Shown in pieces: positions 17,850 to 26,874 of a stretch of 64,000 bases of DNA (the first letter of the stretch is position 1; the number at the start of each line of letters is the position of its first letter). The notes below the pieces were generated by a model. It was given only the letters and a program-made list of their open reading frames with translations, had not been told where the DNA came from and made no database searches. The DNA comes from an uncultured Oscillospiraceae bacterium (GTDB taxonomy: Bacteria > Bacillota > Clostridia > Oscillospirales > Ruminococcaceae). The DNA is taken from NCBI GenBank assembly GCA_964368815.1, contig CAYJDA010000001.1, positions 134,811-198,810 of the forward strand, given 5' to 3'. A program made the position numbers and the translations under genes.

Positions 17850-18779
17850 ATGGCATCTTTTCCTATCTATCAATTCCATATTGAACTTGATGACTATAAG
17901 CCGAAAATGTGGCGTCGTTTTAATGTGATAAGCAATATCGCTATGGTTGATCTGGGTTATATTATCATGAGCCTCTATGAAATGGAGGGAAGACATCTGT
18001 TTAATTTTCAGGTGCCGATGCTTGATAATTTTAAAACTTTAGTTGGCAGTCATATTAATTCGCCTGAAAACAGGGAGGCTGTAGCTATTTTAGAGCAAAA
18101 TGGCGGTGTTGTTGATATTGAATTCATTGATAACGATTATATACCACGCGCAGGTTCCCTAACCTTAAATATTCTTGAAATACCACTTTCAAAGGTGCTT
18201 AGCGGCCCTAAAGAGAAGCTTTTTTTTAACTACGACTTTGGAGACAACTGGAGTTTCACTCTAACGTTAGAGGATGTTGTTATTAACAATAATGCATCTG
18301 AAAACCAATTTCCAATGCTGTTGAACGGTGAGGGCTATGGAATTATTGAAGATTGCGGTGGGGTTGATATGCTAACAGACCTTGCTCAATCTTTTAAAGA
18401 AAAAGGCGATGACTATGAAGAATACTGTAATTTACTTGGTGTTGACGAGTTAAATCTTGACGAGTTTGACAAGGAAAGAGCCACCTACAAGCTAAGCAGA
18501 TTTCCGAATTATTTTAAAACTGCATATGAACCTGATGAGGGTTTTTATGAAGAAGAAGATGACGATGCACCTGATTTTTCAATCGTATCTCCTCAAGAAG
18601 TGTGGGATAGGATATCCCCTGATATTAAAAAAATGATCGAAAATAGCGCATTCTGTCCTGATTGTACAATCACCTCCATTGTTGATTATAAAGTAACGGT
18701 TCATGACGATTACGATTTATTGCTTACAGGAAAATGTGCAAAATGTGGTAAAGATATTACGCGATTAATCGATTATTAA
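17850..18779 (+). CDS. MM3350-like / plasmid pRiA4b ORF-3 family protein with a C-terminal CxxC...CxxC zinc-ribbon-like tail
   Basis: IYQFHIELDDYKPKMWRRFNV...HLFNF and YDFGDNWSFTLTLE match the hallmark motifs of the pRiA4b ORF-3-like domain. C-terminal FCPDC...(34 aa)...CAKCGKD. GGAGG RBS at 17838-17842. Confidence 0.7.
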   Translation: MASFPIYQFHIELDDYKPKMWRRFNVISNIAMVDLGYIIMSLYEMEGRHLFNFQVPMLDNFKTLVGSHINSPENREAVAILEQNGGVVDIEFIDNDYIPRAGSLTLNILEIPLSKVLSGPKEKLFFNYDFGDNWSFTLTLEDVVINNNASENQFPMLLNGEGYGIIEDCGGVDMLTDLAQSFKEKGDDYEEYCNLLGVDELNLDEFDKERATYKLSRFPNYFKTAYEPDEGFYEEEDDDAPDFSIVSPQEVWDRISPDIKKMIENSAFCPDCTITSIVDYKVTVHDDYDLLLTGKCAKCGKDITRLIDY

Positions 18780-18831
18780 CTACATGTAAATTAGTTTTTT
18801 TCATAATAAATTTGCTACTGTAAACAAACGG

Positions 18832-18860
18832 TTGCAAATTTATTTATTTTGTTATATAAT
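18832..18860 (+). promoter_or_regulatory. sigmaA-like promoter (TTGCAA-17-TATAAT) for the SBP-asp23-fakA-recG unit
   Basis: TTGCAA at 18832-18837, a 17-nt spacer, TATAAT at 18855-18860. Confidence 0.5.
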
Positions 18861-18914
18861 ATATGGGTGAGAAACTTCAGTGATGAAAATAACGTAATAT
18901 TTCGGTTGATTAGA

Positions 18915-20285
18915 ATGTTAAGCTCCATTCCAATAATCGGTATAGTTTTGTTGTTTTCTGCCTGCAGTGAGGTAACTCCTCAAGTTTTCATCCAAAATGC
19001 GCAAACTCAGCCGATTGTTATTGCTTACGATCCTTCAGAAGGGTTAAACCCCTATCTGACCGATGCCTTGGTAACACATCAAATGGGAAGCTTGTTATAC
19101 TGCTCCTTATTTGTTTTGGATGATAGTTTAAGCCCTGCACCGTTATTAGCTTCTTCCGCAACAGCAACCTCGGATAATACGAGCTATGCCATAACAATAA
19201 ACTCAGGATTTACCTTTGCAGACTCATCGCAGGTAACAACTCAGGATGTTGCAGCTTCAATAACCGCAGCACAAGGAAGTAACTTTTACTCACTAAAATT
19301 GCAAAATATCGACACTGTAAGTGTTTCGGACAGCTCTGTAACCATAGCACTTTTCGAGCCGGACGCATTTTTTTTAAACCTACTAACCATGCCCATTTTA
19401 AAGGCTTCAGAGGTTAGCGCAAAAAATCCGTCTGCCAGCGGAGATTATCATTTAGTCGATAACACCTTAATTTCACGAAAAGACTCGGTAGATATTGCTT
19501 TTGCTGAAATAGAAGTAGTTGATGTTTCCCAGCCCAGCGCACTTACTGACAGCCTTAATCTAGGCATTATTTCGATTCTCGATACAACATTTTTGCCCGA
19601 TTTTGTTCCTAACTCCCAACTTGCAAAAAGTTTGTATCCCACAACGTCAATGCTATTTATCGGTTTTGCTTCAGAAGCTTATACTGCAAACGAAAGAGTT
19701 TTTGTTTCATCGGCAATAGATAGATCTGCTATTGTTGAAAATGTATTTGGTGGCGTTGGAGTTGAGAGCATGGGAATTATCAATCCTGCATACTCATTTT
19801 GTGAACAGGAGAGCGTGCATCCCATATCAAGTGAAAAAACAGAGTATAGCTTATTATATAATAATGAGATAGCGGGACGAGAAGCAGTCATCTCTCAACT
19901 TGAAATGGCATTTGCAAAAAAAGGTTTGACACTAACGGCAATATCGGCTCCCGGTACCGAACTTTTTAACGAATTGTTGTTACAGGGTGAATATGACTTA
20001 TATTTAGCCGAGATTATGATTCCTGAAAATCTTGATTTTTCTTACTTTTTTAACGAAAGCTCACCGGGTTATACCGAGTATTTCTCACAAGATCTGAAAA
20101 ATGCTTATATGGGCATGAAATCAACCGGAAATATTGCTGAATTTTGCAGTTTATTTAGCAAAGAACAGCCAATAGCACCCATAATGTTTCGTGAAGGCAC
20201 AGTTTATCATCGTAATGATTTAACAAAATTAACCCCACAAAATTCCAAACCATATTACCATTTTAATGAGGTGAATTATGATTAA
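18915..20285 (+). CDS. Family-5 (peptide/nickel-type) solute-binding-protein-like lipoprotein, orphan (no cognate permease or ATPase genes adjacent)
   Basis: Signal/lipobox MLSSIPIIGIVLLFSACSE. SBP_bac_5-like core AYDPSEGLNPY...SLLYCSLFVLDDSLSPAPLLASS...YAITINSGFTFADSSQVTTQDVAASI. Start set to the ATG at 18915 because the ORF-track TTG at 18849 lies upstream of the predicted -10 box. Confidence 0.65.
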   Translation: MLSSIPIIGIVLLFSACSEVTPQVFIQNAQTQPIVIAYDPSEGLNPYLTDALVTHQMGSLLYCSLFVLDDSLSPAPLLASSATATSDNTSYAITINSGFTFADSSQVTTQDVAASITAAQGSNFYSLKLQNIDTVSVSDSSVTIALFEPDAFFLNLLTMPILKASEVSAKNPSASGDYHLVDNTLISRKDSVDIAFAEIEVVDVSQPSALTDSLNLGIISILDTTFLPDFVPNSQLAKSLYPTTSMLFIGFASEAYTANERVFVSSAIDRSAIVENVFGGVGVESMGIINPAYSFCEQESVHPISSEKTEYSLLYNNEIAGREAVISQLEMAFAKKGLTLTAISAPGTELFNELLLQGEYDLYLAEIMIPENLDFSYFFNESSPGYTEYFSQDLKNAYMGMKSTGNIAEFCSLFSKEQPIAPIMFREGTVYHRNDLTKLTPQNSKPYYHFNEVNYD

Positions 20286-20631
20286 CATATATAATTCTAA
20301 AGGTAGTATCCGGATTACCGGTGCATATCTTACCGCTCTTTGCGGAATTGCAGCCCAGAGCTGTTTTGGTGTTGCCGAGATGGCAGACGCCAATACCAGC
20401 GACACCCTAAAATCGCTTGTTTTCGGTAGAAACTATACCGATAAGGGTGTTAGAGTTGTTGAAATGGACAACAAACTTTTTATTGAACTACACATCACCG
20501 TTATCTATGGATTGAATATTTCGGCGATAGTTAAAAGTATAATTAACAAAGTTAGATATACTGTTGAGCAGGCAACAGACCTTTCGGTTGAAGAGGTAAA
20601 CGTTGTTGTAGAAAACGTTAAAGATGAGTAG
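20278..20631 (+). CDS. Asp23/Gls24-family (alkaline shock / YloU-like) protein
   Basis: 117 aa. GVAEMA..., KGVRV..., and LHITVIYGLNI...V are typical of Asp23/YloU. Overlaps the upstream gene by 8 nt. Confidence 0.85.
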   Translation: MINIYNSKGSIRITGAYLTALCGIAAQSCFGVAEMADANTSDTLKSLVFGRNYTDKGVRVVEMDNKLFIELHITVIYGLNISAIVKSIINKVRYTVEQATDLSVEEVNVVVENVKDE

Positions 20632-20658
20632 TGCACTTAAGAAAGGAAATTCATAATA

Positions 20659-22338
20659 ATGATAGAAATTAACGGGCAAACACTATGCCGAGCCATGATA
20701 TCCGGAGCCAACAGCATACAAAATAACCGCAGTGACGTTGATGAGTTAAATGTTTTTCCGGTGCCGGACGGCGATACCGGAACCAATATGAGCATGACCA
20801 TTACCGCAGCTTCCAGAGAACTGGAAAACCTTGCCGAAGATTCTTCGGTTGAAGAGGTTGCCAAAACTGCTGCATCGGCTATGCTTCGAGGTGCACGCGG
20901 AAACTCCGGTGTTATTCTTTCATTACTGTTTAGAGGCTTTTCTAAAGCCTTAGTCGGAGAAGCTACCATGAACTCCGAGAAATTAAAGGCCGCCCTTGCC
21001 TCGGGTGTGTCCGCAGCATATAAGGCGGTAATGAAACCGACCGAAGGTACGATGCTTACTGTTGCAAGAGTTGCTTCCGAGAGGATTGCCTCTTCAGAAA
21101 TTTCAGATATCGACAAACTATTTAGTGCCATGTGCCAATTTGCCGAAGAAGCACTTGAGGAAACACCCGAACAGCTTCCGGTACTCAAAAAAGCAGGCGT
21201 AGTTGATGCAGGCGGTAAAGGTCTTATCTTTATTTTTGAAGGAATGCGCCAGGTTATTTCCGGAGAGGGCTTTTGTATGCCGGAACAAAAGGAACACAAG
21301 TCGGCATCATCAGTTGTTGGCAAGGGAGTTTTTGCAGAAGAGCTGTTTGAGGAAAGTGACTTTGGTTACTGTACCGAATTTATTATTAACAAAGAATCTT
21401 CTGCCTCTACCGAAAAGCTTTCTGCATTTCTCGGCACTATCGGTGATAGCATTGTTGTGGTTGAAGATGAATCTATTATCAAGGTTCATGTACATACCGA
21501 TGATCCAGGAAGAGTTTTAACTCATGCTATTGGCCACGGTAACCTGACTAAAATTAAAATAGAAAACATGAGCGAACAATATGAGAGCCGACAACAACAG
21601 GGTAAAGGTCTTGTAAAACAGGTAAAATCCGAAATGGATGAAACAGCAACCTTTAAGTATGCCGCTGTTGATCCGGAAATCGAGTATGGATTTGTTGCCG
21701 TTTCAGCCGGTGAAGGTTTAAAAAATCTCTTTAGCGAATTCGGCGTTGATGCAATTGTTACCGGTGGGCAAACCATGAATCCATCTACCGATGATATTCT
21801 GGGAGCTGCACATTCTGTGCCGGCAAAAAATGTATTTATACTCCCTAATAATAAGAACATTATTCTTGCTGCAGAACAAGCAAAAAAACTTGCCGACCGA
21901 AATCTTATTGTTCTTCCTACACGCTCTATACCTCAAGGAATCTCTGCTTTGCTTTGCTTCGATCCTGAAGCTGGAATTGAACAAAACGCAACTGAGATGA
22001 TAATGGCTGCTGAAGCAGTTTCAACAGGCCAGATAACTTTTGCCGCAAGGGACAGCGATTTTGACGGACATAAAATTAAAAAGAATGAAATATTAGCACT
22101 CGAAAACGGCAAACTCACACACACTGGAACCGATGTTACCCAAACGCTTATAAAATTAGTTAAGGGAATGGTTAAGAAAAACAGTAGCTTTTTCACCCTG
22201 ATTGCGGGGGCCGATATTTCACAAGAGACGGCAAATGAGACCTTTAAAACTATAGCTGATAAACTACCCAAAAATATTGAATCCAGCCTTGTTATGGGTG
22301 GCCAACCGGTATATTATTATATTGTTTCGATAGAGTGA
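20659..22338 (+). CDS. fakA: DAK2-domain protein, fatty-acid kinase subunit FakA / YloV homologue
   Basis: N-terminal DAK2 motif VFPVPDGDTGTNM...MLRGARGNSGVILS. The 559-aa length and the conserved asp23-fakA-recG synteny are known from Staphylococcus and Bacillus. Confidence 0.85.
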   Translation: MIEINGQTLCRAMISGANSIQNNRSDVDELNVFPVPDGDTGTNMSMTITAASRELENLAEDSSVEEVAKTAASAMLRGARGNSGVILSLLFRGFSKALVGEATMNSEKLKAALASGVSAAYKAVMKPTEGTMLTVARVASERIASSEISDIDKLFSAMCQFAEEALEETPEQLPVLKKAGVVDAGGKGLIFIFEGMRQVISGEGFCMPEQKEHKSASSVVGKGVFAEELFEESDFGYCTEFIINKESSASTEKLSAFLGTIGDSIVVVEDESIIKVHVHTDDPGRVLTHAIGHGNLTKIKIENMSEQYESRQQQGKGLVKQVKSEMDETATFKYAAVDPEIEYGFVAVSAGEGLKNLFSEFGVDAIVTGGQTMNPSTDDILGAAHSVPAKNVFILPNNKNIILAAEQAKKLADRNLIVLPTRSIPQGISALLCFDPEAGIEQNATEMIMAAEAVSTGQITFAARDSDFDGHKIKKNEILALENGKLTHTGTDVTQTLIKLVKGMVKKNSSFFTLIAGADISQETANETFKTIADKLPKNIESSLVMGGQPVYYYIVSIE

Positions 22339-24368
22339 TGGATATAAGATATCTAAAAGGAGTTGGTGAAAAAAATGCTGTAAAGCTAAATAAGCTTGGT
22401 ATCAACACCGTTGAAGAGCTACTTTGTCACTACCCGAGAAGCTATATCGATTTCACCTCAATAACCGAGGTTGCATCCTCCGAGCCTAATCGCAGCCTCG
22501 TTCTTAAGCTTGGCATAATAAAAAAACACCCGCCGCGTAGGATTGCCGGCGGGCGTATCCTTTTTAAGATGGATGCCTGCGATGCCAGTGGTGATATTGA
22601 AATTATTTATTTTAACAACCGCTTTGCTTATGAGGCAATAAAAGAAGAACAGGAATATCTTTTTCACGGTAAGGTAACGTATAATGGATTTATTAACCGC
22701 TCAATGATATCTCCGGGATACCTTTTACCCTCTGATAGGATACCTATGTCCCCTATCTATCCGTTAACGGCGGGTATCAGTTCAAAATATATTCAGAAGC
22801 TAGTACGTGTAGCAATAGATAGTTGCGCAAATGAATTAATAACAGAATTTTTACCGGATGAAATTACTACTGAATATAATTTAATGAACAGATACGATGC
22901 TGTAATTTCAGCGCATTTCCCGAAAAATATTTCTGAAGCACGATATGCAAAACAAAGATTAGTGTTCGATGAGTTATTATGTTTACAGTTAGGACTTTCG
23001 AAGCTTAAGGATGAAGATAAAAGGGTTAGCTGTGCCGCCATGGATAGAGTCGAGCTGGAACCTTTTTTTAAACTTTTGCCTTTTACTCCAACCAAGGCGC
23101 AACAACGCGCTGTTGCTGATATAACTCAAGACCTTTTGAAAACCACACCTCAAAATCGACTTTTACAGGGTGATGTAGGTAGCGGAAAAACAGTTGTTGC
23201 CGCCGCCGCCGCATATTATGCTGCAAAAAACGGATATAAAACAGCGTTAATGGCACCAACCGAACTTCTATGTAGGCAGCATCACAAAACGCTTTCATCA
23301 CTCCTAAACAAAACCGGAATAGAGGTATTAATTTTAACCGCAAGTGTAAAAGGTAAAGAGCGCCGAGAACTTCTATCGAGATTGCAGGAAAAATCACCCT
23401 GTGTTTTAATTGCGACCTCGGCAATACTTTCTGAGCCGGTTGAGCTAAATAATCTTGGCTTATGCATTGTCGACGAGCAACATCGATTTGGTGTAAAGCA
23501 ACGTTCAAGGCTTTTTGCAAAGGCCGACAACCCTCATGTTTTGGTTATGAGTGCAACGCCCATACCGAGAACGCTGGCTCTATTAATCTATGGAGAACTT
23601 GATATATCAATACTCGACGAGCTACCTAAAGGTAGAATTCCAATAAAAACAAGACTAACTAATACCGAAACACGTGGAAAAATGTTTAGCTTTTTGGATC
23701 GGGAGATTGAAAAAGGTAGACAAATATATGTAGTTTGTCCGGTTATCGAGGAGAGCGACGACGGATTGCAGGATGTTGAAAGCTACTATCAAGATGTTGC
23801 CAAGCAACTACTGCCAAAACGAAGAATAGGCCTTTTGCACGGCAAACAGACACCGACACAAAAAGCAGAAATAATGTCATTATTTGCCGAAGGTGAGATA
23901 GACATATTATGCACCACTACGGTGGTTGAGGTTGGAGTAGATGTTCCAAATGCAACCGTTATGGTTATTGAAAATGCAGAGCAGTTTGGCCTTGCTACAC
24001 TACACCAGCTTCGCGGACGAGTTGGCCGCGGAGATGAGGAAAGTTGGTGTTTCCTTGTGAGTGATAGTAAAAATGAGGCAACCATCGAGCGTCTTCATCG
24101 AGTAGTTAAAACCTCAGACGGATACGAGCTTGCAAAGTTTGACCTCGAAACAAGGGGGCCCGGCAACTTTTTCGGTAGTGAGCAACACGGTCTACCTCCT
24201 CTTACCGTAGCAAAACTTGCAGAAGATGTTTCGGTACTTTCCATAAGCACCGAGGCAGCAGAGGCAATTAAACATAGTGATCCTAATCTTATTGCCGAAA
24301 AGCATAGAGCGCTTTGCGATGAAGTTATGAAAATGTTCACAAAATTTGGCGGTTCTGTAAAGAATTAA
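22338..24368 (+). CDS. recG: ATP-dependent DNA helicase RecG
   Basis: Wedge-domain N-terminus, Walker A GDVGSGKT, DEQHRFGV, SATPIPRT, QLRGRVGRG. The ATG at 22338 overlaps the fakA TGA (TGATG). Confidence 0.95.
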   Translation: MDIRYLKGVGEKNAVKLNKLGINTVEELLCHYPRSYIDFTSITEVASSEPNRSLVLKLGIIKKHPPRRIAGGRILFKMDACDASGDIEIIYFNNRFAYEAIKEEQEYLFHGKVTYNGFINRSMISPGYLLPSDRIPMSPIYPLTAGISSKYIQKLVRVAIDSCANELITEFLPDEITTEYNLMNRYDAVISAHFPKNISEARYAKQRLVFDELLCLQLGLSKLKDEDKRVSCAAMDRVELEPFFKLLPFTPTKAQQRAVADITQDLLKTTPQNRLLQGDVGSGKTVVAAAAAYYAAKNGYKTALMAPTELLCRQHHKTLSSLLNKTGIEVLILTASVKGKERRELLSRLQEKSPCVLIATSAILSEPVELNNLGLCIVDEQHRFGVKQRSRLFAKADNPHVLVMSATPIPRTLALLIYGELDISILDELPKGRIPIKTRLTNTETRGKMFSFLDREIEKGRQIYVVCPVIEESDDGLQDVESYYQDVAKQLLPKRRIGLLHGKQTPTQKAEIMSLFAEGEIDILCTTTVVEVGVDVPNATVMVIENAEQFGLATLHQLRGRVGRGDEESWCFLVSDSKNEATIERLHRVVKTSDGYELAKFDLETRGPGNFFGSEQHGLPPLTVAKLAEDVSVLSISTEAAEAIKHSDPNLIAEKHRALCDEVMKMFTKFGGSVKN

Positions 24369-24405
24369 TTATTACAATAGATACTGAATGAATATCTCGC
24401 TTATA

Positions 24406-24434
24406 TTGACAAAAAATACTATATGTGGTAAAAT
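24406..24434 (+). promoter_or_regulatory. sigmaA-like promoter (TTGACA-17-TGgTAAAAT) ahead of the DUF3048 cluster
   Basis: TTGACA at 24406-24411, a 17-nt spacer ending in TGG (extended -10), TAAAAT at 24429-24434. Confidence 0.55.
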
Positions 24435-24443
24435 TTAGTTTAG

Positions 24444-25637
24444 GTGGTATCATTTAGTGGAAAAAAATTGAGAATTAAAATATACGCTGTTTTTTTAGCG
24501 ATTTTCTATATAGCCTTCAGTTTATCCGCCTGTTTAGAACAGCCGGGTAGCGTTAGCGTGTTACCGCCTTCATCCGACGTATCAAGTTCTAACAATCTTC
24601 AGCCCGAGTCGCTTGAAAGTTCATCAGAAATTGTCGATCCCGCTCCCGAAGATGTAAATGATGAAACAACAAACGATCCAATAAATCCTTTTAACGGACT
24701 TTATGTTGATGACGAGTTTCAGGAAGATATGCGTCCGATAGCGATTATGGTAAATAACATCGAGCAGTCTTTACCTCAGCGAGGATTAAGTGAAGCCGAT
24801 ATCGTCTACGAAATTGTTACAGAGGGCGGTATTACCAGATTGATGGCTATCTACTCTGACGGGTTTAACCTTCCAACCATCGGCCCAGTTCGTAGTGCTC
24901 GAGATCAGCATATTCAGCTCATGCTATCCTATCAACCTCTTTATCTGCACATAGGCTCAAGTGTTCCTGCTGACAATATGTTATCACTTTATCAATACGC
25001 AAATCGTGATATTGATGGGCAGCTGATTTCCGACATTGTTTGGTACGATAACGAGCGTGCCGAATTATTATCCCAAACATACTCTAATGTAGATGAACAT
25101 TGTTGGTTTACAGACGGGTCAACCATAGCAGAGGTGGTTGAGAAATACAATTTTGATGCGAATGTTTTAGAGCAGCCTGACCCTGTTTTTAACTTTCTTG
25201 ACCCCGAGGAGGAAAGAGTTCCCGCCATTCCGGTTGACGAATTTAACATTAAATTTAGCGAATATTCGACCTCGAATTTTGAATACAATGCCGAATCCGG
25301 AAAGTTTGAAAAGTCGATTTATGGCGAACCACAAATTGATGAAAATAACGGCGAACAGCTTTCGTTTGAAAATGTTTTTGTTCTATTTACTACAATATCC
25401 ACCCATTCCGATGGTGTTCTTGTAGATGTTCAATATAACTTTGGAGGAGTGGGATATTATTTTTCAAACGGCGGATATGAGCGAATTCGCTGGCTAAAAG
25501 GCTCACCCGAGCAGCCACTTCTTATTGTAAGCAGTGATGGAACTGAAACTCCTGTTGAAGTAAACCCCGGCAACAGTTATGTTGCGGTAGTGGATCTTTC
25601 ACATTTTTCAGCATTTGCTGAATTCGAAATGTCTTAG
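24444..25637 (+). CDS. DUF3048 (YerB-like) lipoprotein, paralogue 1
   Basis: Lipobox FSLSAC. Family core IAIMVNNIEQSLPQRGLSEADIVYEIVTEGGITRLMAIYSD...GPVRSARDQH. The start is uncertain: the GTG at 24444 lies only ~10 nt after the -10 box, and an in-frame TTG at 24468 is an alternative. Confidence 0.75.
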   Translation: MVSFSGKKLRIKIYAVFLAIFYIAFSLSACLEQPGSVSVLPPSSDVSSSNNLQPESLESSSEIVDPAPEDVNDETTNDPINPFNGLYVDDEFQEDMRPIAIMVNNIEQSLPQRGLSEADIVYEIVTEGGITRLMAIYSDGFNLPTIGPVRSARDQHIQLMLSYQPLYLHIGSSVPADNMLSLYQYANRDIDGQLISDIVWYDNERAELLSQTYSNVDEHCWFTDGSTIAEVVEKYNFDANVLEQPDPVFNFLDPEEERVPAIPVDEFNIKFSEYSTSNFEYNAESGKFEKSIYGEPQIDENNGEQLSFENVFVLFTTISTHSDGVLVDVQYNFGGVGYYFSNGGYERIRWLKGSPEQPLLIVSSDGTETPVEVNPGNSYVAVVDLSHFSAFAEFEMS

Positions 25638-25677
25638 ATAAAGAAAAATATTAAAATTATTAATTAGGAGATTATTA

Positions 25678-26874
25678 ATGAAACGTGTATTGTTAATTAT
25701 ACTTAGTGTGCTGATTTTGGCAATGAGCCTTGCGGCATGTAGCGAGGAGACTGTAACCTCAGATACCCCTGCTCCCCCTACAACAGACCAGGCAGACAGT
25801 GAAGATGCCGAGCCGGAACCAGAGCCGGAACCAGAGCCGGAGCCGGAACCATACTACCCTTCACCTTTAACGGGCGAGGAGAAGGATGCCGACTATCCTA
25901 TCGATCAGCGTGTAGCAGCATTTATGGTTAACAATCGCATTGACGGTCTTCCCCATTCTGGAGTAAGCGAAGCTTCTGTTTGCTACGAGATGGTTACCGA
26001 GGGTGGTATTACTCGTTATATGTTAGTTTTTGACGATTATACCACAATACCGGAAATTGGCCCCATACGTTCGGCTCGTCACGGGCATGTTCAATTTATG
26101 CTACCTCTTAACGCAATATATGTTCATGATGGCGGAAGCACACCAGCACTCGAAATGTTACGTGTTTATGAGTGGGAAAACGGTGATGTTAATCCCGGTG
26201 GAGCAGCCTACCGTCGTGACCGTCCCGGTTATAGCTACGATGAGACGGAGTATACCAACGCAGAACTACTTACCGCAGAATTAGAAAAAGATAAGTATGA
26301 AACCGCCGGTGCTCCTCCAGCACCTATAACTCTTCATGGTTTTGTAAACTATAACGATGCGCCGGTTCTTCCTGCTGATGGCAGTGCCTTACAAGTTTCG
26401 TGGAAGTTCTCCGCCTCCTACGACGGATTCTTTGAATATAATGAAGCTACTAACGAGTACGAGAAATCTCAGTTTGGAATAAAGCTTGTTGACGAAAATA
26501 ATGGCGAGCCTTTCGGATATGAAAATCTTTTAGTTCTTTATACCTCCATCGTACCTCATGGCGACGGCTCCAGCCCAATTGTTGAAATTGACCTTGGTAG
26601 CGGCGGCGTAGGATACTACTTCTATGGTGGACAGTATCAAGAAATAAGATGGCAAAAGGGCGGTCCAACCGATCCACTACAAATTTACACTGCTGACGGA
26701 AGTGAAACCGGTGTTCCGTTAAACGTTGGTAAAACCTATATAGCTGTTGTTGGTCTTGATCAGCATGATTCCTTCCAGATTAGCGGCTCTGACAGTGATC
26801 AGACTCTTGATGCAAGTGCAAATGCAGATGCAGATGCGGCAGCAAACGAAGCAGATGCGGATGAAGAAGAATAA
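25678..26874 (+). CDS. DUF3048 (YerB-like) lipoprotein, paralogue 2, with an (EP)n linker and an acidic D/A tail
   Basis: Lipobox MSLAAC. Linker AEPEPEPEPEPEPEPEP. Core AAFMVNNRIDGLPHSGVSEASVCYEMVTEGGITRYMLVFDD...GPIRSARHGH. GGAG RBS at 25666-25669. Confidence 0.8.
   Translation: MKRVLLIILSVLILAMSLAACSEETVTSDTPAPPTTDQADSEDAEPEPEPEPEPEPEPYYPSPLTGEEKDADYPIDQRVAAFMVNNRIDGLPHSGVSEASVCYEMVTEGGITRYMLVFDDYTTIPEIGPIRSARHGHVQFMLPLNAIYVHDGGSTPALEMLRVYEWENGDVNPGGAAYRRDRPGYSYDETEYTNAELLTAELEKDKYETAGAPPAPITLHGFVNYNDAPVLPADGSALQVSWKFSASYDGFFEYNEATNEYEKSQFGIKLVDENNGEPFGYENLLVLYTSIVPHGDGSSPIVEIDLGSGGVGYYFYGGQYQEIRWQKGGPTDPLQIYTADGSETGVPLNVGKTYIAVVGLDQHDSFQISGSDSDQTLDASANADADAAANEADADEEE
25810..25851 (+). 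repeat. Short in-frame tandem repeat, GAGCCGGAACCA x ~3.5, encoding (Glu-Pro)n
   Basis: Direct reading: gagccggaacca gagccggaacca gagccg gagccggaacca. Confidence 0.9.

Noticed and set aside
18849-18914. TTG start proposed by the ORF track for the SBP-like gene (MLYNIWVRNF...).
   Set aside because: It lies within or upstream of the predicted TATAAT box (18855-18860). The signal peptide and lipobox begin right after the internal ATG at 18915.
20637-21323. 228-aa minus-strand ORF overlapping the 5' half of fakA.
   Set aside because: It is antisense to a well-supported DAK2-domain gene, and its Ser/Ala/Pro-rich product has no motifs.
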